Shown here: piece after piece, positions 1 to 9,999 of the stretch
Position numbering within the stretch: position 1 is the stretch's first letter
Layout: each line of letters starts with the position of its first letter
Assembly (NCBI RefSeq): GCF_014217805.1
Contig: NZ_CP055156.1
Location: forward strand, 1,802,585 to 1,866,584
Source of the DNA: Adhaeribacter swui
Lineage (GTDB): Bacteria > Bacteroidota > Bacteroidia > Cytophagales > Hymenobacteraceae
Length of the DNA: 64,000 nt
Direction: 5' to 3'
Position numbers and translations under genes: made by a program
Notes under the pieces: model-generated
What the model saw: only the letters and a program-made list of their open reading frames with translations
What the model was told of the DNA's origin: nothing
Database searches by the model: none

Positions 1-237
1 AGAACATTAGGTCCACTGACAACCCTATGGCAGTGTACTTTCAGAATTTTTAATTTTTTAAATTTTTAAGGATTTAACTACCCGTAACGGCTTACTTGTT
101 ACTTGTTGAATAGTAGTTCATCACAAGAATATCTTTTTAATCTTTACCACCCGGTACCCAAACAAAAATGCCTAACTCCAACTGTATTGGAGCTAGGCAT
201 TTTTAAATAAAATAAGTTAAGGCCGGATAAAGAAGAT

Positions 238-744
238 TTACTTAGCCCGGTTAAAAACAAATAAATCTTTGAACACCCACTTGCCATCTTGCTGGTTCCC
301 GCGGGCAATCACAAACTGGTTAGCCGAACGCTTTTCGTACAAAATGCGGAGGTCTTCGCCTTCTTTTTGAAAAATAGCTTTGTCTTTGCTGGCTTCCACA
401 AAGTTGTAACGGTCTTGTTTGTCTTTTTCTTCATGGCCAATTAAGCCGGGTGCAAAGTGTTTCACCAGCGACACTAAACCTTGCGGCGTTTGCTCATAAA
501 CGAGTATTTCGTACATGTCGGCTTTGCCGCCTTTCATCATGCGCATAGAGCCCATAATGTTGCCGTTCTCCGGCGCTACCCACACGCCATCAATGCTTCT
601 GCCATCAGCGGTAGTGGCTTTCCAGTTACCTTGAATAAAGCTTACATCGGCCACCGAACCACCTTTGGGTTGGCTCTGAGCATACACTTGCGGCAACAAG
701 CCCGCGAAAACAAAAAAGGATAACAAAGCAAAAATGCGTTTCAT
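238..744 (-). CDS. hypothetical secreted protein (N-terminal signal peptide)
   Basis: 168-aa ORF; N-terminal hydrophobic signal-like segment MKRIFALLSFFVFAGLLPQVYAQ; no catalytic motif recognised. Confidence 0.55.
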   Translation of the reverse strand: MKRIFALLSFFVFAGLLPQVYAQSQPKGGSVADVSFIQGNWKATTADGRSIDGVWVAPENGNIMGSMRMMKGGKADMYEILVYEQTPQGLVSLVKHFAPGLIGHEEKDKQDRYNFVEASKDKAIFQKEGEDLRILYEKRSANQFVIARGNQQDGKWVFKDLFVFNRAK

Positions 745-887
745 AGAAGCAGAAATTTGGTTTAAATTTTTAAAATTTAAATATACAAAATGGTTTTAAG
801 TAAATGAACTCTAGTATTAGGATGTTAAAGCCAGGGCTTTTAATCAATCTATTAATTCAGTAATGGAATACTTTTCAAAGTAAATGA

Positions 888-1090
888 CTATGGCGCGGAA
901 GTTACTTCCGTTACTTTTGATTTAAAAAATTATCGTTCGCATAGCTGACTGAGTAGCTTTATTGCTTAGTGGAACTGTTTTATTGCTCGCTTCTTGTTCT
1001 TTTTGTCTTGACACAAAAAGAACCAAAAAAGTCAAGACGCTAAAAACTCGCTGAACGCTCGAACAGTTTAGCGTCAAACCTTGCACCTGG
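888..1090. repeat. structured ~200-bp intergenic repeat (family B/C), copy 1
   Basis: Begins with palindrome CTATGGCGCGGAAGTTACTTCCG. Contains nested inverted repeats gttctttttgtcttgacacaaaaagaac and gacgctaaa...tttagcgtc. Reverse-complement copy at 55730-55937. Confidence 0.8.
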
Positions 1091-1310
1091 CAGATGCTAT
1101 TTGTTGCATCGCTGGCTAGGATAATTTAAAGTTTTACAATTTAAAAGTCTTTGTCATTCAGAAGGAACCTATTTTGCTACGCAGCAGAACAAGTTCCATT
1201 AGTAACAGCCATTACATGTTAATCTTCGCCTCTTTAAAGGCCGTTAAGTTCCATTTCTATCGCGAGCGTGGACGCTCGCGGCAGAAGTTTTTTTAATTTT
1301 TAGCTAATTC

Positions 1311-1356
1311 ACAACCTTCCAACCTTCCAACCTTCCAACCTTTCAACCTTCCAACC
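1311..1356. repeat. tandem octamer repeat (CAACCTTC)x~5.5
   Basis: caaccttccaaccttccaaccttccaacctttcaaccttccaacc lies directly 3' of the stop of the 1360..2466 gene. Confidence 0.85.
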
Positions 1357-1359
1357 ACA

Positions 1360-2466
1360 TCAAACCGTAAGCGCCACCCGTTTGCCGGTTTCGGCGGATT
1401 TGTAGATAGCTTCTACAATCCGGATGTCGCGGAGACCTTCTTCGCCGCCAACGGGCATGGGTTTGCCTTGCATGATGGTGCGCGCGTCATCGTCCATTTG
1501 GTTGGCTTGCTGCCACGGGTTTTTGTATGGGTGGTTGATTTCGCCAAGGGGGCTGCTGCCTTTTACCCCATCGTAGGCCGAGTAAGGTTCCATCTTAATT
1601 TCGCCTTTGGCACATTTAATCGTTAAAAAATTTACGTTTTCGCCGAAGCTCGTTTTAATATCGGCCAGCACGCCGCCCGGAAACTCCAGGGTAGCTACAG
1701 CGGTTTCGGCTAATCCGTTTTTATAAATTTCCGGCCGGGTAGTTGAGGTTTTAGCCATAGCTACAGCAATCGGTTCCATGCCCGTTCCCATGCGGGCTCC
1801 TTGGATGGCATAAACGCCCATGTCGTGCATGACGCCGCCGCCCATTTCTTTCTTCTGCTTCCAGTGGTCGGTGCGGTTATCTTGGTAGCCGGCGGCGCAT
1901 TTCACGCTTTGTACTTTGCCTAAAAGCTGTTTTTGTACAATGTTGCGGTATTCTTTGGTGTTAGGTTCGTGCTGCAGGCGGTAACCAATCGCTAACGATC
2001 TTTTGTTTTTCTTACAAGCGGCAATCATGGCCTGGCATTCCTGGGAGGTGACAGCCATGGGTTTTTCGCACCATACGTGTTTACCGGCATTGGCAGCCCG
2101 TTCCACGTACTCCCGGTGCATAGATGGCGGCAATACTACGTACACCACGTCAATATCGGGGTTATTGGCAATGGTGTCGAAGTTCTGGTAGTTATAAATG
2201 TTTTTGTCCGGAATGTTATACTTTTTCTTCCACGTTTCGGCTTTTTCCGGCGAACCGGTTACAATACCAGCCAGGTAACAATTTTTGGTTTGCTGCAAAG
2301 CAGGCGCCAGCAAATCGGTGCTGTAATAACCCAGACCCACCAGTGCTACGCCTAATCGGTCTTTTTGCGGCCGGGTAGCTGCCAGCAAGGTGTTCGGCGA
2401 AAAAATGGCAGTAGCACTACCCAAAACAATTGTTTTTAAGACGTCTCGGCGAGTTGTAGAAGACAT
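1360..2466 (-). CDS. Gfo/Idh/MocA family oxidoreductase, Tat-signal (periplasmic)
   Basis: N-terminal twin-arginine motif TRRDVLK; Rossmann motif GVALVGLGYY; EKP motif (WCEKPMA) typical of the GFO/IDH/MocA family. Confidence 0.85.
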   Translation of the reverse strand: MSSTTRRDVLKTIVLGSATAIFSPNTLLAATRPQKDRLGVALVGLGYYSTDLLAPALQQTKNCYLAGIVTGSPEKAETWKKKYNIPDKNIYNYQNFDTIANNPDIDVVYVVLPPSMHREYVERAANAGKHVWCEKPMAVTSQECQAMIAACKKNKRSLAIGYRLQHEPNTKEYRNIVQKQLLGKVQSVKCAAGYQDNRTDHWKQKKEMGGGVMHDMGVYAIQGARMGTGMEPIAVAMAKTSTTRPEIYKNGLAETAVATLEFPGGVLADIKTSFGENVNFLTIKCAKGEIKMEPYSAYDGVKGSSPLGEINHPYKNPWQQANQMDDDARTIMQGKPMPVGGEEGLRDIRIVEAIYKSAETGKRVALTV

Positions 2467-2755
2467 ATTTTTAAATTTTTAAAGTTTAAAGCTATAATAA
2501 ATTAGTTTTTCTTATGTAAGACCAGCTTTAGGAAACCGGCCCGATTGAGATACATTTTAAAATAATTGCAATCAAAATATGCCAAGATAAGTATTTTGCG
2601 CCTTTTCCCTATATTTAAATTAAATAAACTTATTCCCGCCAACCGTAATTGTTTTTATCCATTTAAAACCCTCTAAACAAGCACGGGAAATGGTTTTAAT
2701 TAATTCTGTACCTTCGGACTTTAATTGATACGCTTAAATAACGCTGATTAATTGC

Positions 2756-4309
2756 ATGAAAAAACAACTTCAATTATTTCTTCTCTCCTTGGTGCTGTTA
2801 CCGGGCAGTGTAGCCATGGCGCAAACCAAAGATCCGGTGGTAGATGCTATTGTGAAAGAAGCGAACGAGAACTCGCAACTCGAAAAATTAGGCCACGAGT
2901 TAATGGACGTGATCGGTCCCCGGCTGGTAGGTACCCCGCAAATGAAACAAGCCGGCGACTGGGCCGTGGCTAAATACAAAGATTGGAATATTAGCGCCCG
3001 CAATGAAAACTGGGGCGAGTGGCGCGGTTGGGAACGCGGTATTTCGCACATTGATTTAGTTTACCCACGCACCGAATCGCTGGAAGGTATGCAATTGGCC
3101 TGGAGTCCCGGCATGAAAAAAGCCGTTACGGCGGAGCTGATTATTATTCCGGACGTAGCAGATTCTATGGAATTTAAAAAATGGTTACCCGCCGTAAAAG
3201 GTAAGTTCGTGCTCATCTCCATGAACCAGCCCACCGGCCGACCCGATTATAACTGGCAGGAATTCGCCAGGAAAGAATCTTTCGAGAAAATGAAAGCCGA
3301 CCGCACCGCGCAAACCGAAGCCTGGCGCAACCGCTTAAGTAAAACCGGCCGGACTACGCGCAACTTGCCCATTGCCCTGGAAAAAGCTGGAGCCGCCGGG
3401 GTGGTTACCTGTAACTGGTCGAATGGCTTTGGGGTGAATAAAATCTTTGCTGCTTACACTAAAAAAATCCCGACCATTGATATGTCGCTGGAAGATTATG
3501 GGTTGCTTTACCGCCTCACCGAATCGGGCCATAAACCTAAAATACGGGTGCAAACTGAGTCGAAGGAAAAAGGCGTTGTACCTACTTTTAACACCATTGC
3601 CGAAATTAAAGGCTCCGAGAAACCCAATGAGTACGTGATCTTGTCGGCGCACTTTGATTCCTGGGACGGCGGCACCGGCGCCACCGATAATGGTACCGGC
3701 ACCCTAACCATGATGGAAGCCATGCGCATTTTAAAGAAAGTATACCCGAACCCGAAGCGTACCATTCTGGTGGGCCACTGGGGCAGCGAAGAGCAAGGCT
3801 TAAACGGCTCCCGCGCTTTTGTGGCGGATCATCCGGAAATTGTGCAGAACGTGCAGGCGGTATTTAACCAGGATAACGGTACCGGCCGCGTGGTAAACTT
3901 GGCGGGACAAGGATTTTTAAATTCTTATGAATATTTGGGCCGTTGGCTAACCCAGGTGCCCGAAGAAATCCGTTCTCAGATTCAAACCAGCTTTCCGGGT
4001 TCGCCGGGTACCGGTGGTTCTGATTTTGCTTCGTTTGTGGCGGCCGGCGCACCTGCTTTTTCCTTGAGTTCTTTAAATTGGTCGTATGGCACTTATACCT
4101 GGCATACCAACCGCGATACCTATGATAAGATTGTGTTTGATGATGTGCGGAGCAACGCGATTTTAACGGCTATTCTGGCGTATATGGCCAGCGAAGATCC
4201 GAATAAGACTTCCCGGGATAAGATTGTATTGCCGGTAAATCCGCAAACGGGGCAACCGGGTATCTGGCCGGAGCCGCGGCAGCCTACGCGAAAAGGTGGT
4301 TTAGATTAA
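2756..4309 (+). CDS. M28 family metallopeptidase (aminopeptidase-like), secreted
   Basis: Signal peptide; PA-like insert; zinc-binding region SAHFDSWDGGTGATDNGTG and HWGSEEQGLNGS typical of peptidase M28. Confidence 0.85.
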   Translation: MKKQLQLFLLSLVLLPGSVAMAQTKDPVVDAIVKEANENSQLEKLGHELMDVIGPRLVGTPQMKQAGDWAVAKYKDWNISARNENWGEWRGWERGISHIDLVYPRTESLEGMQLAWSPGMKKAVTAELIIIPDVADSMEFKKWLPAVKGKFVLISMNQPTGRPDYNWQEFARKESFEKMKADRTAQTEAWRNRLSKTGRTTRNLPIALEKAGAAGVVTCNWSNGFGVNKIFAAYTKKIPTIDMSLEDYGLLYRLTESGHKPKIRVQTESKEKGVVPTFNTIAEIKGSEKPNEYVILSAHFDSWDGGTGATDNGTGTLTMMEAMRILKKVYPNPKRTILVGHWGSEEQGLNGSRAFVADHPEIVQNVQAVFNQDNGTGRVVNLAGQGFLNSYEYLGRWLTQVPEEIRSQIQTSFPGSPGTGGSDFASFVAAGAPAFSLSSLNWSYGTYTWHTNRDTYDKIVFDDVRSNAILTAILAYMASEDPNKTSRDKIVLPVNPQTGQPGIWPEPRQPTRKGGLD

Positions 4310-4360
4310 GGTTAATTGTTAGGACTGAACCAAAAAAGCTGTGGTTAGCTGCATTACTTG

Positions 4361-4537
4361 GAACCGGTTCCCGTCTCCATGCACAAGTTCCATCTTATTG
4401 GATACGGCTGAGTTTGCCTCATGGCCGGCGGGCCTCGTTCGGCTCTTTCGGGCTGTTTAGCGAACCTTGGCTCGTTGCACTGCGCCATGCTGCTGCGCAG
4501 CACCGGAACGCTAAAAGGCCCTCAATAGCCAAACTGG
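4361..4537 (+). repeat. ~150-170 bp structured intergenic repeat (family A), copy 1
   Basis: Shares 5' arm gttccatct..gggctgagtttgcctcatggccggcgggcctcgtt and 3' arm accggaacgctaaaaggccctcaatagccaaactgg with copies at 11782-11957 (rc), 40461-40580 (rc, 5'-truncated) and 55353-55503. Confidence 0.85.
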
Positions 4538-4624
4538 TATTAGTTGCGAGTAGCTACTTTTATTGGTAAAATTACCACAAGTTACTAAAGGGCTAATTTT
4601 GTAAGCTCTATTTAGCCCTAAACT

Positions 4625-4728
4625 TTATGGCGCGGAAGTTACTTCCGTGCCTTTCTAAATTCTTAAGATGGACTAGCGGTTTAATTGGAATAAGTATAAT
4701 AGTCACGGAAGTAACTTCCGCGCCATAG
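4625..4728. repeat. pair of inverted 25-bp perfect palindromes (ATGGCGCGGAAGTTACTTCCGTG / rc) flanking 54 bp
   Basis: ttatggcgcggaagttacttccgtg at 4625-4649 and cacggaagtaacttccgcgccatag at 4704-4728. The same palindrome occurs at 888-912 and 55911-55935. Confidence 0.8.
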
Positions 4729-4786
4729 TTTTTAAGTATGCCATGCTTATCAAGGATAATTTGAGGCTTTTAATCAACTTAACATT

Positions 4787-4818
4787 AAAAAAGCGGCCTT
4801 TGAGAAGGCCGCTTTTTT
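4787..4818. terminator. bidirectional rho-independent terminator (fumC / M28 peptidase)
   Basis: aaaaaagcggcctt-tgagaa-ggccgcttttttaaa: GC hairpin flanked by A-run and T-run. Confidence 0.8.
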
Positions 4819-4891
4819 AAATAACTCTATATCTGTGAACTCTCAACCATGGTCTAGTTTTTTCTAAGGACTATGGACTATGGACTATCAA

Positions 4892-6292
4892 CTAACTCTT
4901 CAAGCTGCCAGTCATATCCTCCGGACGTACCCATTCGGTGAATTGCTCGTCGGTTACATAGCCGGTGGCAATGGCGGCCTGGCGTAAAGTAGTGCCTTCT
5001 TTATGGGCTTTTTTGGCGATTTCGGCGGCTTTGTAGTAACCAATGTGCGGGTTCAGGGCCGTTACCAGCATTAACGAGTTTTCCAGGTGGCGCTGAATAA
5101 TTTCGTGGTTGGCTTTAATACCATCGGAACAATTCACGGTAAACGATACGCAGGCATCGCCTAATAACCTCGCGGATTGCAATACATTTGCCGCAATTAG
5201 TGGTTTAAATACGTTCAGTTCAAAATGACCCAAGGAGCCTCCTACGGATACAGCCACGTCATTGCCCATAACCTGGGCGCAAACCATGGTTAAAGCTTCG
5301 GGTTGGGTCGGGTTTACTTTACCCGGCATAATAGACGAACCCGGTTCGTTGTCCGGAATAATGATTTCGCCGATACCACTGCGTGGGCCGGAAGAAAGCA
5401 TGCGAATATCGTTTCCTACTTTCATGAGCGCTACCGCCGTGCGTTTTAAAGCACCGGATAATTCTACCATGGCATCGTGGGCCGCCAAAGCCTCGAACTT
5501 ATTAGGAGCCGTTACAAATGGGTAACCAGTAAAATCCGCAATTTTCTGCGCTACCAGTACATCGTAGCCTTGTGGGGTGTTTAAACCAGTCCCTACGGCG
5601 GTGCCACCCAGAGCCAATTCTTTTACAACTTCTAAAGCGTTTTTAATGGCGCGAATGCTGTTGTCAATCTGCTGCACGTAACCCGAAAACTCCTGGCCTA
5701 ATGTAAGTGGCGTGGCATCCATAAAGTGCGTACGGCCGGTTTTAACCACGTCTTTAAATTCTTCTACTTTACGTTGCAGGGAGTCGCGCAGGGTTTGCAG
5801 GCCTGGCAAGGTAATTTCGGCTACTTGCTTGTAAGCCGCAATGTGCATAGCCGTCGGGAACGTATCGTTCGACGATTGCGATTTGTTTACGTCGTCGTTG
5901 GGGTTAATTTGTTTTTTTTCGTCGTTTAAAGAACCACCCAGTAACACATGTGCGCGGTTGGCAACTACCTCGTTTACGTTCATGTTGCTTTGGGTACCCG
6001 AACCGGTTTGCCAGATAACCAACGGAAATTCGCTGTCGTGCTGACCGGCTAAAATTTCATCGCAAACTTGGCTGATAATATCGCATTTATCTTGCGGCAA
6101 TACACCTAGTTCCAGGTTGGCGTGCGCGGCGGCTTTTTTAAGGTAAGCAAAGGCATACACAATTTCCCGGGGCATACTGCCTTCCGGACCAATTTTAAAG
6201 TTGTTGCGCGAACGCTCGGTTTGTGCGCCCCAGTATTTATCGGCGGGCACGTTTACCGGACCCATGGTATCTTTTTCTACGCGAAATTCCAT
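4892..6292 (-). CDS. fumC: fumarate hydratase class II
   Basis: 466 aa; N-terminus [23 protein letters not shown]; lyase-1 signature [16 protein letters not shown]. An aspartase (AspA) paralog cannot be fully excluded without a database search. Confidence 0.85.
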   Translation of the reverse strand: MEFRVEKDTMGPVNVPADKYWGAQTERSRNNFKIGPEGSMPREIVYAFAYLKKAAAHANLELGVLPQDKCDIISQVCDEILAGQHDSEFPLVIWQTGSGTQSNMNVNEVVANRAHVLLGGSLNDEKKQINPNDDVNKSQSSNDTFPTAMHIAAYKQVAEITLPGLQTLRDSLQRKVEEFKDVVKTGRTHFMDATPLTLGQEFSGYVQQIDNSIRAIKNALEVVKELALGGTAVGTGLNTPQGYDVLVAQKIADFTGYPFVTAPNKFEALAAHDAMVELSGALKRTAVALMKVGNDIRMLSSGPRSGIGEIIIPDNEPGSSIMPGKVNPTQPEALTMVCAQVMGNDVAVSVGGSLGHFELNVFKPLIAANVLQSARLLGDACVSFTVNCSDGIKANHEIIQRHLENSLMLVTALNPHIGYYKAAEIAKKAHKEGTTLRQAAIATGYVTDEQFTEWVRPEDMTGSLKS

Positions 6293-6476
6293 ATTGTTTT
6301 TCTAAAAATGTAAGTTTTACAAAACGGCTCGAAAGTAAAGAATAAATTTTCGAAAGCAGAGCGAAAAATATTTAAAATATGCAGATTGATATAAACAGCA
6401 TTACCCGATTTTTAAACAAACGATGCTGTTCAAAAATCGGGTAATCTAATTAAACTAAATTTAAAGCTTTCATAAG

Positions 6477-6724
6477 GGTTGGTTGTGAAGACACAACCAA
6501 CGGCGGAACTAATCTAAGACTTCACAAAAGTTGTAAATAATAACACCGATTAATGAGCCTTGCTGCCGATTGTGTGTCCGCAACTAATTTTTTGCCCGTT
6601 GGTTGTGTTTTCACAACCAACCGTAATAACCTTTTGGCTTAACCCAGAAAATTTTAAAACTTTTAATTTCTGGTAAGTTTGAAATAAAGATTCACTGCCG
6701 TTGGTTGTGTCTTCACAACCAACC
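6477..6724. repeat. three spaced ~27-bp palindromes GTTGGTTGTG(W)WGACACAACCAAC
   Basis: Copies at 6477-6506, 6595-6623 and 6698-6724; each is a 10-bp-stem hairpin; spacing ~100-120 bp; lies between the fumC start and the end of the 6762..7334 gene. Confidence 0.8.
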
Positions 6725-6761
6725 TTGGTAACCTTTTAACTAAAGTATTTTTTGCTGTTTT

Positions 6762-7334
6762 TTACAAATAATTGAGCAACAGTAAAACCAAACCTACAAT
6801 TACAATTAAACCGCCTAAACCGCCCAGCACAGGTACGATTAAGCCTAACAGTGCCACAATTAAACCCAGAATAATAACCTTAATAGCTACATCGTTGGTT
6901 ACCGGGCCTTCGGCTACTTTTTTACCTTCTTTTATTTTTTTAATTTCTTTTTTAGCCGTTTTAATTTCTTTCTTCACTGCTTTTAAAGCCGTAACTTTTT
7001 CACGGAAAGTAGCTTTTTGGGTAGGAGCAACAGTCGTTTTTTCAAGAGCGGTTTTTACGGCTTCGTTCCGGCGAATTTCGGCAGTTAGTTCTTCTTGCTT
7101 CGCCTGCTCCGGCGATAAAATAGCGGTGGGCGCTTCGGCAGCGTTGGCGGTTACAGGAGCAATTTCGGGCGTAGCTACTTTTGCGGTAGCGTTCTCCACT
7201 CGTTTAAATTCTGTGGGGTGATTCGAGAACAGAAGACGTTGCGGCTCCTGCGAGCAAGAACTTACCAGAACGGCTAAAAACAAAGCAAAAATAGCGTTTA
7301 CCCAGCGGGCGGAAGAAGAGATAATGTTTTTCAT
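6762..7334 (-). CDS. hypothetical lipoprotein/membrane protein, Lys-rich coiled-coil with C-terminal TM
   Basis: Lipobox-like LVSSCS after the signal peptide; K/E-rich middle; C-terminal hydrophobic GLIVALLGLIVPVLGGLGGLIVIVGLVLLLL. Confidence 0.55.
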   Translation of the reverse strand: MKNIISSSARWVNAIFALFLAVLVSSCSQEPQRLLFSNHPTEFKRVENATAKVATPEIAPVTANAAEAPTAILSPEQAKQEELTAEIRRNEAVKTALEKTTVAPTQKATFREKVTALKAVKKEIKTAKKEIKKIKEGKKVAEGPVTNDVAIKVIILGLIVALLGLIVPVLGGLGGLIVIVGLVLLLLNYL

Positions 7335-7782
7335 ATAAGTTGGCGTAATAAATAATTTAAAAAAGATATACTGCTACTTTCCTAAAAAAGATGTGTTTTT
7401 TAATATTCTTAATGTGGTTTCCTGCAAAATAAAGTAATTTTCAAGTAACTAAAATCTATGGCTGATTAGGCGGTTTATTAAATCTGCCGCAAATTTATAA
7501 GTATAAATATTACTTACGAAAGCAATGTCGCTATAATTGCACCAACCAGATGCTTAAAAAATCTGGATTAAAAAGACGGAATTATGCCAAAAATTGATTT
7601 CATTTGTTCAGAGCAGGTAAATTTTTAAAATTTTAAAAAATCTAATTCCTAAAATTTTGCTTGTGGTTTTTTGGCCAGTGTACCAGAATACTTTGATATT
7701 GTCCGGAATAACTTGTTTAAAATAGAAGAATATAACTTAAAGAAGACCAGCCCCACCGGACTGGTTTTCGCGTTTCTAATGT

Positions 7783-9027
7783 ATGATAACAACCTCCTCT
7801 CCTACGCCACCTTCTAAGCTAAAACAACTGCTGCAAATTCCCGTGATTGTTGCGGCCTTGGGTTATTTCGTGGATATCTACGACTTGTTGCTGTTTAGCA
7901 TTGTGCGGGTGCCCAGTTTAAAATCCATGGGCTTATCCGGCGACCAATTACTCGAAGACGGCTTTTTCCTGATTAATACCCAAATGGCCGGTATGTTGGT
8001 GGGAGGCGTACTCTGGGGCATTCTGGGCGATAAAAAAGGACGGCTCTCGGTATTATTTGGGTCTATTTTGCTGTACTCGCTGGCTAATATTGCCAATGGT
8101 TTTGCTACCAGTGTTACCCAATACGCTTTGCTGCGCTTTATTGCCGGTATTGGTTTAGCCGGGGAACTGGGTGCCGGTATAACTTTAGTAGCCGAAATCT
8201 TACCCAAGGAAATCCGGGGTTACGGTACGTCGTTAGTAGCCTCGGTGGGTATTTTGGGAGCGGTGCTGGCGTACTTTATGGCCGATTTATTCGACTGGCG
8301 CATTGCTTACTTTATTGGCGGGGGCCTGGGTTTATTGTTACTGGTGCTGCGGTTTAGCGTGTTTGAATCCGGAATGTTTACCAACGTAAAAGAGCAGGAA
8401 GTAGCGCGGGGTAACTTTTTCCAATTATTTTCTTCGGGTCGCACCTTTGTTAAATACTTGCGCTGCATTTTCATTGGTTTACCCATCTGGTTTGTGATTG
8501 GGGTGCTGGTTACTTTTTCGCCGGAATTTGCGGTTGCTATGGGTGTTTCGGAGCCGGTGCAGGCGGGTAAATCCGTGATGTTTGCTTATCTGGGTTTATC
8601 GGTCGGCGATTTAAGCTCCGGTATTATCAGCCAGTATTTCCGGAGCCGGAAAAAAGTGGTGTTGGGCTTTATTTTACTGAACGTGGTCTGCGTGTTATGC
8701 TACCTGCTCATCGATCTGCCTTCGGCCGAATCGGTTTATTTTACTTGTATGGCGCTGGGTTTTTCTATTGGCTACTGGGCTTTGTTTGTAACCATTGCCG
8801 CCGAACAATTTGGCACCAACATTCGGGCTACGGTAGCTACTACGGTGCCTAATTTTGTGCGGGGCAGCTTAATTCCGGTTATCTGGCTATTCGATTATTT
8901 TAAAACGCATACCGGATTAATGCAGAGCGCCTTACTGGTAGGTACGCTCACGTTTATTATTGCCTTGGTAGCACTTTGGGGCATGTCCGAAACCTTTGGT
9001 AAAGATTTAGATTTTGTGGAGCGCTAA
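7783..9027 (+). CDS. MFS transporter
   Basis: 414 aa, ~12 predicted TM segments, MFS motif-like GDKKGRLSVLFGS. Confidence 0.8.
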   Translation: MITTSSPTPPSKLKQLLQIPVIVAALGYFVDIYDLLLFSIVRVPSLKSMGLSGDQLLEDGFFLINTQMAGMLVGGVLWGILGDKKGRLSVLFGSILLYSLANIANGFATSVTQYALLRFIAGIGLAGELGAGITLVAEILPKEIRGYGTSLVASVGILGAVLAYFMADLFDWRIAYFIGGGLGLLLLVLRFSVFESGMFTNVKEQEVARGNFFQLFSSGRTFVKYLRCIFIGLPIWFVIGVLVTFSPEFAVAMGVSEPVQAGKSVMFAYLGLSVGDLSSGIISQYFRSRKKVVLGFILLNVVCVLCYLLIDLPSAESVYFTCMALGFSIGYWALFVTIAAEQFGTNIRATVATTVPNFVRGSLIPVIWLFDYFKTHTGLMQSALLVGTLTFIIALVALWGMSETFGKDLDFVER

Positions 9028-9156
9028 TTAAAAGGTTATGCTGCAAACCGGCAACATTTAATACTTTTAAGAGTTACTTATAAAAGAACTATTAATTATT
9101 AACTCCATAAAGTTTTCGGAGTAAGTATAATAGTTATGTTTCATTAAAAATTATCC

Positions 9157-9783
9157 GTGTTTATGGATCCATATTACGCCAATAAAATGGCGAACAAGAC
9201 CGAATTGGAGTTGTTGGAATACTTTAATAACCACCAAAAATACGTACCGGTAGCAGTATTAGCGGCCGTAGCCGAGTTGCAGAAGCGGGGCCGTACTTTT
9301 TCTGAAACCGAACTGGCTACCCTGGAGCCCGAACGCCAGGCCGTAAGACAAGCTTATCAAGCCGAGATGGCGGCAAAAGCAGCAGAAACGGACAACGATG
9401 AAGAAGCCGAAGAAGTATCGCAGTTATACACGCCTAATGCCATTGTGGGGTTCTCTATTTTTTTTAGTTTGCTGTTTGGGGCCATGTTGTTGGTTACCAA
9501 TATCCGCGAACTTGGCAACCGCAAAGGCAGTTGGATTGTAGTTGGTTTTGGTATTGCTTATATGGCCCTGGAAGTAGTTCTTTTTCAGTTATACCGCAGC
9601 TCTACTTTAACTTTGGGTTTAAACTTAATTGGGGCTTTAATTTTAAATTTTTACTTCTGGCCCAAATACATCGGGTTTAATCAAGGCTACGAAGCCAAAC
9701 CAATCTGGCGGGCTTTGCTGATTTCTATTTTAATTGTATTGCCTTTAATCATTATTGCCAGCTTGCTTCCGCAACCAGAATAA
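9157..9783 (+). CDS. hypothetical membrane protein
   Basis: 208 aa; acidic N-terminal soluble part, then 4 hydrophobic segments. Confidence 0.5.
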   Translation: MFMDPYYANKMANKTELELLEYFNNHQKYVPVAVLAAVAELQKRGRTFSETELATLEPERQAVRQAYQAEMAAKAAETDNDEEAEEVSQLYTPNAIVGFSIFFSLLFGAMLLVTNIRELGNRKGSWIVVGFGIAYMALEVVLFQLYRSSTLTLGLNLIGALILNFYFWPKYIGFNQGYEAKPIWRALLISILIVLPLIIIASLLPQPE

Positions 9784-9999
9784 GCCTTTTTTACTTTTAG
9801 CTTTTGGGTTGATTTCAATGGTTTTTTAGACGCTCTAACCCCAAGGCTACTATCCATAACTTTTCAGAATTTATAATTCTTTTGGGATAAAAAACGCGGT
9901 TATCTTTGTTGTAAAAAGATGGCTTATACCGAGCCGTCCGGCTGAATTTTGCTTTTTACCAAAAAATTTCAGCTAGTTGTCTATCCGATAAATGAATAA

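Noticed and set aside
6477-6724. Possible CRISPR array (three similar palindromic repeats)
   Set aside because: Only three copies, spacers ~75-95 bp and unequal, the repeats are perfect palindromes, and there are no cas genes. This is consistent with REP/terminator-like hairpins, not CRISPR.
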